A stretch of 64,000 nucleotides of DNA from the NCBI GenBank assembly GCA_020137815.1, contig CM035353.1, positions 3,720,001 to 3,784,000 of the forward strand, given 5' to 3'. Positions 36,362 to 49,679 of this stretch are shown here, piece by piece. Each line of letters starts with the position of its first letter. The first letter of the stretch is position 1. The stretch comes from Hormiphora californensis. Its lineage: Eukaryota > Animalia > Ctenophora. The translations under genes were made by a program, and so were the position numbers. The notes beneath the pieces were generated by a model. That model saw only the letters and a program-made list of their open reading frames with translations, searched no databases and had not been told where the DNA came from.

Positions 36362-37131
36362 TATGACATTGTCAATATTGCCCTTTAATGGAAGAAATTG
36401 CCCCTTAAATGGAAGAAATCGGTGGTTGAAGAAGCAGCGATCTGTTACCTGTTAAGCAGCGATCTGTTACCTGTTAACGATAATGCCATTACAAAGGAAG
36501 AAATTATTATTTTCAGGTTATTTAAAACGATTTACAGTGCTGCTTGTAGTCGTATTACCGTAATGGAAAATACAGTAAAGAGCCGCGCACGGTGCACAAC
36601 ACGCAGCAAAAAGTGCATGTGTTCAGCATGTACTAGCGCCCTGATTGGCCACGGTTGCGCGTCGTTTTACTGTATCTTCGTTTTCCATTACCGTTTTCCC
36701 ACTACAAGCGACCGTGTTAGAATTGAGTGTCGTGAACGACTTGCTGTCTAGGTGTCCACTGTCCATGGGTGATGGGTCTAACTTCTACTTTCAAAACTAA
36801 ACTCAAACCCCCTTTACCCCGTCCCCCGGTGGGTCTTGCAGCTCCTGGGTCCTACTTGCAGGGGCTGCATCTACACCCAGGGCAAGGGCCGGGGACGCAC
36901 CCCTGACCGAGCCCCGAGGCCACCGCTCCAGGCCCCAGACACCCGGGATGACTCGCGAACCGCCCCAGGTATATTCAATCGCTATTGGTGCTATGCTGCT
37001 AGCATTAAAAAGGGGGTTGGCCAATGCCGACCTTAAATTATCAGTGAAAGTCAGAAAGATTTGGCCGATTTGACCTTTTTTCAACCCAAAACGCATAAAA
37101 AGTTTCAAAAAGGTGCGAACTTTTTTTAAAT

Positions 37132-37352
37132 TAGTGGAAGCTCTTACGGTATTTCCCACGCCCCGTGGGAAAGTTTTCGACCGTGGGAAAGTTTTCAAAC
37201 CGTGGGAAAAGAGAGATACATACAATAAGATTAAAAAAATAATTATTTTTTAATGTCATTGTATGTATCTCTCTTTTCCCACGGTTCGAAAATTTTCCCA
37301 CGGTCAAAAACTTTCCCACGGGGCGTGGGAAATACCGTAAGAGCTTCCACTA
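37132..37352. mobile_element. Hairpin MITE with TAGT ends
   Basis: Near-perfect palindrome TAGTGGAAGCTCTTACGG...CCGTAAGAGCTTCCACTA. Confidence 0.75.
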
Positions 37353-38106
37353 AAGTCCGTTTCAAGCGACTTGACCCGTAATTCTTGGAATTTGGCGCAT
37401 TGCGCGTGTATTTACAAAGGGGAAATCCTGAATTTCCAGGAATCTCAGGTCAAGTCAAGTCGGATTTTTTGAAACTGTCACCCCCCTGGGTATTTTCAAA
37501 TTTCGTAAATGACCATAAATCCGGTTCCTGACGAGATAGAGACTTGAAGTTTGGAGGTTACGAAGATCTTGCTAAGTTCTTCCGAACCTCCAAATTTCAA
37601 GTCTCTATCTTATCAGGAACCGGAGATATGGCAAATTTTGTTATTTCAGGGGGGTGACAGTTTCAAAAAATCCGACTTTCGTTTGAAACGCACTTTAAAT
37701 AAATTGTTTCCAATGCAAAGAAATCGCGAGCGCGCGGCAGTTATTTGCACCGTTAACTAAAAAAAGACGCGTGCCACATTTATTCTGTCCGGTTGAACTG
37801 AAGGTACCATGTTTGCGCGCAATATTCACTCACTGCGTAGTGTGGTCATCGCGCGTTCCCGACATGTATCGAGCAAAGTGGGCCAAAATGGGGCAAGAAA
37901 TCAGAGTAAAAAACATAAATTTAATGGGGCAAGTAAATAAATGTGAAACAAGTATAAAATTCAGGGTTAAAATTTAGGATATTTCTCGTCCGTCACAACT
38001 TCTCTTTCAAAAGCAAACTGATTGACAAACTCAGATGCAAATTGTCTCTGTAATCTTTTATAATGTCTTTATTCCAGATTCTTTCCTTCTGATGGCACGA
38101 CAGTAA

Positions 38107-41100
38107 TCAGTCCATGATGGTTCTGCGGTGATACAGATCAGAGGTTACATCGCACAGGAAGAGAGGCAATGATCTGTGTTGTGTAAACTTTGACAAGTGA
38201 GCCTGCATATCAATGGAACTGGTGTATTTCGTCTCCACCAATTGGAATGCTCCCTCGCACCTGTAGGAGAAACATAATTAATATCGGGATTTAATAAATT
38301 AATTCAGTAGGGAATTGAAATTTGAATAATCGTGAGCCCGTTAAATCAGGGTGCCCAGTAAATCAGGGTCAAATACTGTTAATTTCCTATATATGGGGGC
38401 GGGGGAGGTTATATATCAGGGTCCGACTGTATTACTCTTTTGTTGATTAATTGTTAACAAATAAGTAACAAACTCGATCCATACTAACTTTTTGAAGAGA
38501 AGATTGTGAGTTGGTGATTCAGCATAGAGAGATACAAGAGAGAACTGTGAGTCCTCGGGGCACGAGAGGGTGTATCCAAACATGTATTCAACATTCTCCT
38601 TTAATTCACGAATCTGTAAATAGAGAGTGTTCAGGGTGTTTAGGGTGTGTTCAGGGTGTGCAGTGTTCGTGGTGTTCTATTACAGTGGGTATATTATAGT
38701 ACATGACCGTGTGGTATTCAGTTCATATATATAATATAAATAAATATGTGTTTACACTCTACTTCAACGGGCTTTCTAGTCTATTATGTTAGGGTAGCGA
38801 CTGGCTATTTGAAATGGCGGCTAATTTGAAACACCCCTTCTACTGGCCAGCAGGTGCACCAGATTTGGATTTTTAGACATCAGTGGGCTAGTCAGAACTA
38901 ATGCCTAGCCCACTGATGTCTAAAAATCCAAATCTGGTGCACTTGCTGGCCAGTAGAGGGGGTGTTTCAAATTAGCCGCCATTTCAAATAGCCAGTCGCT
39001 ACCCTATGCATTGTGCAATAGCGGGGCAATGCCATTTCGAAACAAGTCACGAATCTCTAACATCTGTAATAAGAAAGTCTTTAAATGTTATTTAATATTA
39101 GAGGGTACAGAAATCAAATTATACGTAACATAGGTACACTGTAGTTTCATGTATAATTTGATTTGATAAATTTATATATGCAATGCCATTTCGAAACGTA
39201 GGCAGTAGAACATTATATTTTAGTGCAGTACTACTGGAACTCTCCTATTATTCTCATACCTTAGCTTGGAATATTTTCTGAGTTTTCTTCAACATGATTT
39301 CCTTTTCCTGGAGTCTTCGTTGGCACGATTCCAGCTGGGCCACATGGTCAGGGGAGGGTGCCTGGTTATCAAGTTTTTCTGTCAGCCTCCTGTTTTCCTC
39401 CTTCAATAACCGTACCTCGTCCTTCAACTGGGAGGGAGATTGGAGAGATGGGAGAGGGAGAGAGAAAGAGGGAGAGAGAGATTGGAGAGATTGGAGAGAT
39501 TGGTGGTTTGGCGAATTGGGAGAGGGGGAGTGAGGGAGGAGATAGGGCGGAGAGAGATGAGAGAGAGTTTGGGATTGGGGTTGGAGGGCGGAGGGCCCCC
39601 CCGGGGTCCTCGCCTCTCCCTCAAACTCCCTTCCTCTCTCTCTTTTTCTTCCCCTCTCTCTCTCCTCCCTCTCTCTCTTCTCTCCTCTCTCCTCTCTCTT
39701 CTCTTCGCTCTCCCTCTCTCCCCTCCTCCCCTCTCTCTCCTTCTCTCCCTTTCCTCTCTCTCTCTCTCCTTCCTCTCTCTCTCTTTTCTCTTCTCTCTCC
39801 TCTCTCGCTCTCTCTCTCCTCCCCTCTCTCGCTCTCCTCTCTCTCTCTCTCCCTGCTCTCTCTTTCTAGTTTCCTCGTTCGCGCTCTCCGCTCTCCGCTC
39901 TCTGCTCTCTCTCGGCGCTCGGCGCGCTCGCCCGGCGGGCCGCCCCCTCCGCCGCCCTTGTCCTCCTCCGCGCCCCTCGCGTCCGCCGGCCTCGCTCGCG
40001 CTCAGCGCGCCTCGGGCTCTTTTGCGCTCCGCGCTTCTCTCCTCAACGGCCCCCGTTCCTCCTCCTCGCTCTTCCTACTCTCTCTTCTCCTCTGCGCCTG
40101 CTCTTTGCTCTCTCTCTCTTCTCTCCTCTCTTTCGCTCTCTCGCTCTCTCTTTCTCTTCCCGCTCTCGTCTCCTTCTCTCGCTCCTCTCTCTCTTCGCTC
40201 TCTTCTCTCTCTCGCCGCCTTTCCTCCTCTCTCCTCGCTTTACCTTTGCCTTCCCCTGGTTCCCCTCTTTTTCCACCCTCTTTCTCCCCTCAATCTTTCT
40301 TCCCTCTCCCCCTCCCTCTCCTTTCGCTTCGTCCCCTCTCCCCACTTCCTCACAACCTCTTCCTTTTTTCCCTTCTCACCCTTTTTAACTTTCGTTTCCC
40401 TCCTCATCCCCAAAACCCCCTTTTTCGTTCCCATTCTTCCCCTTGTTTTATTCCTTTTTTTCTTTTCCCTCTTCAAACCTCCCTTTTTTCCGGTCTTTTT
40501 TTTTTTTCCCTTTCTTTTTTTTTATTTTTTTTTTTTTGTTTTTGGGTTGTTTGGGCTTTTTTTCCTTTTTTTGGGGGTGGGGTTCTTTGTTTGCGAAATA
40601 AAAACTGTGGTTTCGTAAAACTCCCCTACTTCTTCCCCCGTTTCTTTATGGCAATCCTCATAGGTTTTCCCTCGTTATTAATTTTTTTTAATTTTAGAAA
40701 ATAGAGTAGTTTTTTTCGAGGAGGAAGAGAAAAATATAGAGAGATGATCTGTTTTTATTTTTTTTTGGGTTTTTTTTTTTTTTTTTTTTTTTCCCCTTTT
40801 GGTTTTTTTCTATTTTTTTTGGTCTTTTCTTTCTTCCTTTCCCCTTTCTGTTCTTCCACATCAACCCACGGCCCCTCCCCTTATCTGTTCCCCTGATTCC
40901 TCAGTACAATTATTCTTTTATTAACTAAAAAAACGGAAAACCCCAATTTTTTCTGCCCTTTTACTTTTTTGGGAATTCCTCGCATCCGCCCCCCTCCAAA
41001 ATAATGTTCACCCCTTTTTTTTATATATCATATTGTTTAGAAAATATTATATTCTGAAATAGAAACAACCACATGGACAGTGATATTTTTTGTTTAAGTT

Positions 41101-44100
41101 ATCCATTCATTTTACTAGTTTGTTATTATATTGGGGTCCCCTCTACATATCGAACATTAATAGACCTTAAAACCCCTTGTTTTTTTTTAATAGTTTTGTT
41201 AGTGATGGAACATTAATTAACATTTATTATTGTTAATTCATTTGCAAACATAAAATTAGTATGTTAAAATATAAAAATTGTTTTTGATAATATATTATTT
41301 CAGTGGTACACCACTCTAGTGATAATTTGTTTTTTTTATGCCACTGATATTTCTACTAGTTTTTAGTGATTATGGTTCCCCCTCTGGGAATAGAAACTTT
41401 ATTTTACCTTAAAACTACCTTGTTTTTAATTTTTTTTGTTTTTTTTATGGAACATTAATTTAACATATTATTATGTTAAATTCATGTTGCATCACTAACA
41501 AACTAGTATTGTAGTTATAGTTGTTAAATTAATATTGCATCACTAACAAACTAGTTGCATCACTAACTAACTAAATTATCACTAGTCCCATGTGGTTGTT
41601 TTATATTTTTCTACTGTTCTTTTTACTCCTAGTAGATAAACACAAAGTTGTGTTTATCTACTAGGAGTTCTGTCCTAGAGGACGTGACCACCAACAAATT
41701 ATCGTATATAAAACGGTTATATATACGATAATTTGTTGGTTATACATATTATAACCGTATATTTAACAGTCCGAGAGCACTGCGGGCGTCACCCATCTAT
41801 CTTCACCAAAAAATTATCATATTACAACCACGGTCGCTTGTAGTGGGAAAACGGTAATGGAAAACGAAAGATACAGTAAGACGACGCGCAACCGTGACCA
41901 ATCAGGGCGCTAGTACGTGCTGACACATGAACTTTTTGCCGCGCGTTATGCACCGTGCACGTCTCCTTACTGTATTTTCATTACGGTAATTTGACTACAA
42001 GCAGCACTGAACCAGCGTGCACCAACTTAAAACAGTCCTAGACGATGAGGCGTGACCCATCTAACCTTCCTTATAACCAGCCTAGCATGGACCAATTTAC
42101 TCTCCTTTTAGTAAAAACGCGTACATCTAACAGTGAAGGTAGTACTATCTAACATTTCCTGGTACAAACTGACGTAAAACCGCGAATAATGATATCTTTG
42201 CCAAGGGCAAGGTCATTTTGCGACGTATAATTGTTGCAGTAAGCTTTCAGTAAGGAACGTACCACGTACTGTGCTTCATAACCAACCGCCAGTGAACTGT
42301 GTTTCATCCTCTATGACATTTCTGTGCATTTTTAGCTCGTGATCATTGGTCGAAGGCACTACATATTATCCGAGGATTTGAATTATAGGCCTGAACATAC
42401 TTAGTTGTGAGACGAAAGACAGTAGTACCGCTATAATTCCTACAGGTGGAATCCACTACCTCCCTCCCCTCATTTGCCCCCACAGCTGCTGTTAATTACC
42501 CTTTTCTGGGGAGGGGGAGTAGTTTACATTTTACTTGAAAAATACCTATTTCTTGCACAAAAACAGTAAATTATAATAGCTGTTATTCTATATTTCTAGC
42601 TATACTGCACGTTATCATGGCGCTGTGGAACAATGGAGGAACAACCTACCCTGACGTTCTATTCACACTGGGCCTTCTTATCTGTGCCTTAGCAGGACTC
42701 TCTCTTAACTCCCTGGCCCTTTATCGAAACTATAAAAAACCAGCCAGTGTCGCTCGAGCCCTCTACCTGCTACTTCAAACGGTGGACCTGGCGACGAGTG
42801 TGTTTCTTTGTCCAAGCCTTGCCTACACCATCTCATCTCCAAAGGATAAACGATGTTTTGAAGATGAAAAAGACGAAACACTAATATTCTTTAAAAATTG
42901 TACAACCAATTACATATCATATGGTGCGATGCACCCCAGCACTTTCAAACGGGCTTGGTCTGTCTTCTGTTTCTGGTTCGCCTACTCTCCCTGTATTCTC
43001 ACGGGTATGTTGGCAATGACTCGATACTACCAGATCAAGTACCCGTTCCGACATGTTTCTAAACGGCTCGTGGTCGGAATAGCGGTGGCGGCATCAGTTT
43101 GGCAACCCATTTGGTATGCGGACATGATACGTGAGAAAGGAGATGACGATCAAGCGATGTTTATAGTTGTGACCCAACAGGTGTTTGTAACCATTAAAAA
43201 GCCAAAATATGACGTTTTTGGCATACCGATGTCTCTGGGAGCATTTGGTCTTTCAACAAATTTTGTAGCCATTACATTTCAAGGCTTTGCCCTAATTGCA
43301 TCCGTGATGACCATTCGGGAATTGGTGAAAATTAACAGTGTTATGTGCCAGGGTAGTCAAATACGGAGCAAGAGGGGAAGTATCAAGATTCTGATTTCCA
43401 ATATCGGGAGCCTTTTGACCATAGTTTCCCTCATAAATGTGGGTACAGTTGGCAAATCAATCTTGGAGTCCATGGATATGGAAGCAATACTTGCTTCAGG
43501 TAAAAGAGTGGAGTTTGATTTTGGAGGACATTTAAGATGGTATTACATTGCATCCAACCAAGCCCAATGTATTTTTATCCCAGTTCTCACCTCTCTCTTT
43601 AACCCATCAGTGTTTATAGTAATGACAAATTGATAATAAAGCTGCCACTGAAAAACTTTGAACTGAAAAACTTTGAACTGAAAAACTCTGAACTGTAAAA
43701 CTTTTACCATGGCTATTTACGCTTGCTTGCTGCGATTATTTATGTGTAGAGTTGTCAAACAAAATAATTGTTTTAAAAACTTAAGTGTAAAGATTTGTTA
43801 CAATGTGTATATACACACCTTATCTGTTGATGGGTTAAACGTCATGTGGAGGACTTTCGGTTCCGTTGATTTCGGTTTAATCTCTTCTCCACCCTGCCTA
43901 TAGCTACCACACAACTTTTTGTAACTCTCCGCTTCGTCCCTGATTCATTATAATATTATTATTACAGTTGGACCGCAATTTACTGGGCAAAACCCTTCCC
44001 TTGAGCATCCCGGTAAATCGGGGTTCGACTGTTTTCTGAGATGACATTCCAAAAATAACAACTTAAAAAATAACAACTTAAAAATAACAACTTAGTATAT

Positions 44101-47100
44101 CGTTTATCTGTTTATACTGTAACTATGAACTATATCTACATTCAAAACTACCTGAACTTCCTGGACCGTGTTTCCGCGTCAGATAACTTTCCCCTGATAT
44201 CAGTGATTAGATCCTCCTGTCGGGTGGATTTCTCCTTCATCTCCTCCAACAGGCACTCTTGCTCCGTCAACCTCTCTCTCAAGGAACTAGCATCAGATCG
44301 GTACATCTCCACTGACGCTGTAATGAGACCGGGGCTTAATTAAAACCACTTAAAATAATACTTACTTAGACGGATATATATATATATATATACAGTCGGA
44401 CCCCGATTTAGGGGCCCCCGATTTAGTGGCACCCCGATTTAGGGACAGGATTTTTTTCCCCCGATATAGGAAATTAACCTTATTTGACCCCGATTTAGTG
44501 GACACCCCGATTTAGTGGACAAGAGCCTTTCCCCCGAGGGTGTCCCTAAATCGGGGTCCGACTGTATATATATATCTAATCCATGTCATACCATCCATTT
44601 CATACCTAATCCGTAGTGATATACTCCATAGGTTTAGGATACTGATACAAAATATTATGCTCTTACAAGTTTTGAGAAGTGTATCTTTTTGCAAAGCTGT
44701 AACCAGAGACACGAGTTCCTTAGGACTAGTTATTGAGAGATCATTCTTCACCCTGGTCCAACAATCCAACTCATCTAGTACATCAGGAGGAGGAGGGTTA
44801 ATTCGCTGGTTAACTAGTGAGAAGGCTTCCCAACTCATCTAATACATCATTGGGAGCAGGAGGTCGCTGGGACATTTCACTATACAGCAAATATTATCAT
44901 ACTTATTCGACATTTTATTTGCCATTTGTCACAATGGTCAATTTGTCGAAACATATCTTAAGCTGGTGCATACTAACTAAGGAAGGTTCCTACCAGTTAG
45001 GGTCTCATGTCTCTCCTTGAACCGATTGTTATCTGCTACTTGTTGCTTCAGGGCCGTTATCGTTCCCTGGAGGGACTCAATCTGCATTTTTAACACCTCG
45101 CTATTCCCTGAAACATCATGAGAATGTATTTAGTTGGTGACAAATCCTATCTAACCGTTTCTATCTGTTTCTAATACATTTCTACATACATATTGTATAT
45201 ATAGTTAACCTAACGGTGAAACCCACAACAAATTTGTTCAATATATTAAATAATATATTGAACAGAGTGCAAAATATGTATACCTTTGGCATCTCTTAGT
45301 TGTCGTATCTCGCGGAGAAGACGCGAGTTTTCATTTTGGACCTCTTGTGAGCGGACAATCTTTTCTGGAAAAACAGAGGAGAACACCTGAAATGACAGAA
45401 TAAATATTTAACATTTATCAACGCGACGGGCCGGGGTCGGACATAGAGGGGTCGGACATAGAGGGTCGGACATAGAGGGGGGCAGACTGAAAACAACACC
45501 GCTCTACAGCGTTGGGTTATCCATACCTCTTTATCCTTCAATGAATCCAGCTCCATACGAAGGTCGAATTCAGATTTCTGAAGGCGAGAGAATTCTCCGA
45601 CTCGAGCGGTTATGGAGTCGAGGGATTCCCTGAGTTCCGAGATAACCTCCCTTTGGGAGTCGATTTGGTTCTGAAATAGAAATCAATACTTTAGAGACTT
45701 GTGAATCACATATTCCAGAGATCGGGACACTGAGCTGTACTTGTTATCTGTGAAACTGGGTGTACAGTCGATACTCTGTCTCAATAAACCGGTGTCCTAA
45801 ATTTTATTTGTTATGTTCTAAGACTTTACATTTAGGTGCGGTGAAAAAGGCAAAATATCCTAATCAAACAGTCGCCTACATGACATAAATAAACATTATT
45901 TTATACATATTCAGATTCAAAAGACTACAAACCTGAAGCTGATTAATTTTGTAATCCCGGTCCGTGAGTTCGTTTCTTGACTCCTGTTTATAGGTCAACA
46001 TATCGTGGGCGGACCTCCTTCTCTCACCATCCAACTCACTTGTTACTTTTATCAGCTCCGTCTTGAGGTCACTCATCTCCCCCAGCAGCTGGAAAATGAG
46101 GTTGGTGATCACCAGGAACCGACCGAAACAAGTAAACAACCAATCAGAACTAGTTATTTAGGTCACGTGACTGGTTATCAGCCAATCAGGGACCAGTATT
46201 TCCTGATTCGGTCGGTTCCTGCTAAATTGCTATTTGGACTAAATAATATTGCTACTGCCTACTAGTACTGCTTACTTTATTTCTCTTTTCGCTAGCTTCC
46301 TTGTGAAATGTCCGGAAGCACTCAGACACAGTTTCAAGCTCAGCAACCAGATCCCTGTTCTTGTCATAAAGTTTGGTTCTGAAATATAAAGGAGATTTAA
46401 GGAGAGTAAGAAGTGAAAATGTGTTATCTATCTGGTGTTATAAAGTGCAGACTTTAGGTTTGTTTCTTTGCTAAATAATGATGTTTATCAAAACTCATGT
46501 ATCGGGTTAAAACGTAAAATAAAATACACTATTTACAATGAAATATCATATCAACAAAAAAAATACTTTGACACTCTCTGGTCGGATGCGTCGAGAGATA
46601 GTTGATTAAACTATACACTTTTAAGTTCGTTTGTTTTCTGATAAAATGTTATGCTTGTGAAACTTGTGTTTTTCCTGCTGGACAATCGTCGACCTTTCCT
46701 CTCCCTCCACAGTGTATCGATTGGCACCACCCAGACTTTCTAGCCATTATCACTAACGGGTTAAGTGTGGAGTTTAGTGGCACTGCAACGTACAGAGCAA
46801 ATACATGATACCTCGTTTCATCCATTTTGTTTCCTTTCAGCCCATCTTTAACTAGCACAGAAAGGGGAAAGGAATAGAACAGCAGGAAGAGGGAAGATAT
46901 CACCACAATGGTCAGGGATGCCCTGCGTTTCAGATCACTTCCTGGCGTTATACCATCCCGGAGAAGTAGGATACACGTCCCCACAGTGGTAACCAAGACA
47001 ACTCCCATGAAGGTTGAAAACTCGACGATGAAGAAGACGAGGAAGTGAATCTTGGCGTTGGCATCCACAACAAAGTATGTCACCATGGTGATGGCAATGA

Positions 47101-48067
47101 GGGTGATAGCTATACATGATAACACCCACAGGGCTCTCCTTTTAATGGTGTAGAACGGCCACGCCAAGCTGATTGTCCGGGTGGTACTGAGGAGACAGTT
47201 GACAAAGCAGGTACACCTGAGAACGGTAAAAAATAAAATCTCCTCCACTGTGGATGGCCAGGTATCCGTTATCATTGTTTTACAGAATAAGCCAATCGTA
47301 AGGGCGGACAGGATGGTGTCCAGGATGTTAAGTAGCCGATACAACTGGGCAGCAAGGCCGGAGTCTCGACGACACTCTTGTTGGTATATTGAGAAACAGT
47401 TGGCTATTTCTCCAATGAACCCAATTCCAATGGGTATGATGTTAATCAGCAGTGAGACTGGCATATTGCTACGGAATTTACATGATCGGGTTGAAGTCAG
47501 TGTCGAACTGAAATGTGATTCTCAAACATCAAGATAGGAAAACAACGTGAATTAAAAGCTAATCAGCCGATTGTTTGACTGCAAAATACTCGTTACTGAA
47601 GCGTTAGGTATGAAACAATAGCGAGACTCGAGAGAGACGGAGCAGAGAAATGGAGAATGTCGAATGAAGAGAGAGAGAGAGAGCAGATGCAGATCGCCCC
47701 GAAAATAGAAGTACACAGTGCAGGGGAGATTGAGAGAGTGAGAACTTGGATGGACAATGGAGATACATCTACTTTCGGGTGGATGTATTGAGAAAAGAGG
47801 TGTTTGGAGGAGCAAAAACAGCTATAGATGCCATGACTATTATAATAACACACATTCACTGTTATATTATTAAAGCTTTGCCACAGACACTTTGAGAATC
47901 TCCATGCTCTGTGAGAAAGCTCTACAATGGAGAGCACTTGTCACTTTAAATGCCTAGATTTGCCAGAGAGATAATTATTATAATGACCATATTTTAAGTT
48001 TTTGCTAGTGCTGTAATACAATGGGACACTCAGATGCAGATAATACACGAGTCACCAGGGAAGAGAG

Positions 48068-48122
<55 letters not shown>

Positions 48123-49445
48123 GAGAGAGAGAGAGAGAGCCATTCGGATGATCGGATTGCTGTTTATTAGCCTCATTTTGTTTATTAGAGAGGGAGAGAG
48201 CTAGAGAGAGAGAGAGCTAGAGAGAAAGAGAGAATGAACTCTTACGATAAATCACTGCACTATGAACTTTCAACTTATGGCTATGGTAATGCTGTTAAGA
48301 GTTTGCCCGAAACCCGACCTTTCCACTCACAACTGCTGAACTGTAGAACTGATATCTTCTAAACTTTAATAATCACCGACAATGTTTCAGCATGTCATCA
48401 AATGTGTGTTGTAGGTAAGTAATAAAGTTACCGGCGGAAACTTACTGTTTATTCAGCACTTTACAATTACCTCTGTGAGATGAGTTTGTCTCGAGATGAC
48501 TTTACAATTACCTCTGTGAGATGAGTTTGTCTCGAGATGACTTTACAATTACCTCTGTGAGATGAGTTTGTCTCGAGATGACTTTACAATTACCTCTGTG
48601 AGATGAGTTTGTCTCGAGATGACTTTACAATTACCTCTGTGAGATGAGTTTGTCTCGAGATGACTTTACAATTACCTCTGTGAGATGAGTTTGTCTCGCG
48701 ATGACTTTACAATTACCTCTGTGAGATGAGTTTGTCTCGAGATGACTTCACAATTACCTCTGTGAGATGAGTTTGTCTCGAGATATCTTATCGTTCTCAT
48801 CCACCCGCAAAGATTCGTTCATACTGCGCTCCCGAAAGCTATCTCTATCAATCCTTAGCGATTCGTTGTCATCCCTCAGTTTTGATACCTACAACAATTA
48901 TCATTTAAAATGGAACACAGTCTTGTGAAAGATTATAGTCCCCCCCCCCCCGTGGCCGTGGGAGGATGAATTCATCGACACAATGGAAAGTAGAAGGTTT
49001 TTTGAACTCGATCTATATACCGGCCACCATGATTCACCGGGCAAACCTCTTTTTCCCTAGCGCATCCCAGTACCTGTAATTCCAAAAGAGCTATCTTTTT
49101 AACTTGGTCCACTTGCTTAGCGGTTTCCATTGAGTCAACACTTCGAATCGAGGTACCTGTTCAAGAGAAAGATATACTAAAAAGTAAACAACCAATCAGA
49201 ACTCGTTATTTAGGTCACGTGACTGGTTATCAGCCAATCAGGGACCAGTATTTCCTGATTCGGTCGGTTCCTGAGAAATATCAATCCATGTAGCTTTATT
49301 CTGTCTAAACTACATCGTGTAATACTTGTACAAACTACAGTCTACAGTCTACACTCTACATACCGGAATCTTCTCTGAGCCGTTTTATCATAGACCGAAC
49401 AGGACTTTCCTCAATCATGCTCGATCTTTTACCAGCGACAGACAT
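38107..49445 (-). CDS. MAD1L1: Mitotic spindle checkpoint protein MAD1, about 14 exons
   Basis: Coiled-coil exons; MAD2-interaction-like motif KVLHMTFNP (~43830-43860); C-terminal MFGYTL..LVSLYAES..LLFK and FQLVETKY..SLPLFLCDVTSDLY; stop at 38107. Confidence 0.88.
38790..39006. mobile_element. 217-bp hairpin MITE with TAG ends
   Basis: Near-perfect palindrome. Confidence 0.8.
39430..40900. repeat. GA/CT/T-rich low-complexity tract, probably error-prone sequence
   Basis: Degenerate CT microsatellite grading into homopolymers. Confidence 0.8.
42617..43633 (+). CDS. Single-exon rhodopsin-like GPCR, antisense in a MAD1 intron
   Basis: 338 aa; about 7 hydrophobic helices; GLSLN, DLATS, TRYYQIKYPF, NPSVF motifs. 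Confidence 0.85.
   Translation: MALWNNGGTTYPDVLFTLGLLICALAGLSLNSLALYRNYKKPASVARALYLLLQTVDLATSVFLCPSLAYTISSPKDKRCFEDEKDETLIFFKNCTTNYISYGAMHPSTFKRAWSVFCFWFAYSPCILTGMLAMTRYYQIKYPFRHVSKRLVVGIAVAASVWQPIWYADMIREKGDDDQAMFIVVTQQVFVTIKKPKYDVFGIPMSLGAFGLSTNFVAITFQGFALIASVMTIRELVKINSVMCQGSQIRSKRGSIKILISNIGSLLTIVSLINVGTVGKSILESMDMEAILASGKRVEFDFGGHLRWYYIASNQAQCIFIPVLTSLFNPSVFIVMTN
46649..47464 (-). CDS. Single-exon rhodopsin-like GPCR, same strand, inside a MAD1 intron
   Basis: 271 aa; GEIAN, LNILD, TRTISLAWPF, RASLTI, NSTLNPLV motifs. Confidence 0.85.
   Translation of the reverse strand: MPVSLLINIIPIGIGFIGEIANCFSIYQQECRRDSGLAAQLYRLLNILDTILSALTIGLFCKTMITDTWPSTVEEILFFTVLRCTCFVNCLLSTTRTISLAWPFYTIKRRALWVLSCIAITLIAITMVTYFVVDANAKIHFLVFFIVEFSTFMGVVLVTTVGTCILLLRDGITPGSDLKRRASLTIVVISSLFLLFYSFPLSVLVKDGLKGNKMDETRYHVFALYVAVPLNSTLNPLVIMARKSGWCQSIHCGGRGKVDDCPAGKTQVSQA
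48460..48785. repeat. 41-bp tandem repeat x8 containing a MAD1 exon end and 5' splice site
   Basis: Unit TTACAATTACCTCTGTGAGATGAGTTTGTCTCGAGATGACT. Confidence 0.95.
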
Positions 49446-49679
49446 AACTGATACAAAATAATCTGATTATTACCATTATAGTGGCGGCTGGGGGTGGCGG
49501 CTGAGGGAAAGGGGAGCCCGGAGTGAAGGAGAATGTTATTCAAATAAAAAGAGCAGATCTCTGAAAATAGTTAATAAATTATAACGTGAGATGACATCGT
49601 ATATAAAACTTATCTCTTTAAACATACAGTTTCTTCACAAAGGAAATCCCTTTTTTGCGAACACTAATTCGCCGCAAAG

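Noticed and set aside
39358-40704. 448-aa and 392-aa ORFs
   Set aside because: Translations of a degenerate CT/T tract, likely noisy sequence. The same applies to ORFs at 4806-5369, 10086-10799, 58078-58720 and 61300-61662.
48460-48785. CRISPR-like periodicity (also 28320-28520)
   Set aside because: No unique spacers, no cas genes, eukaryotic context.
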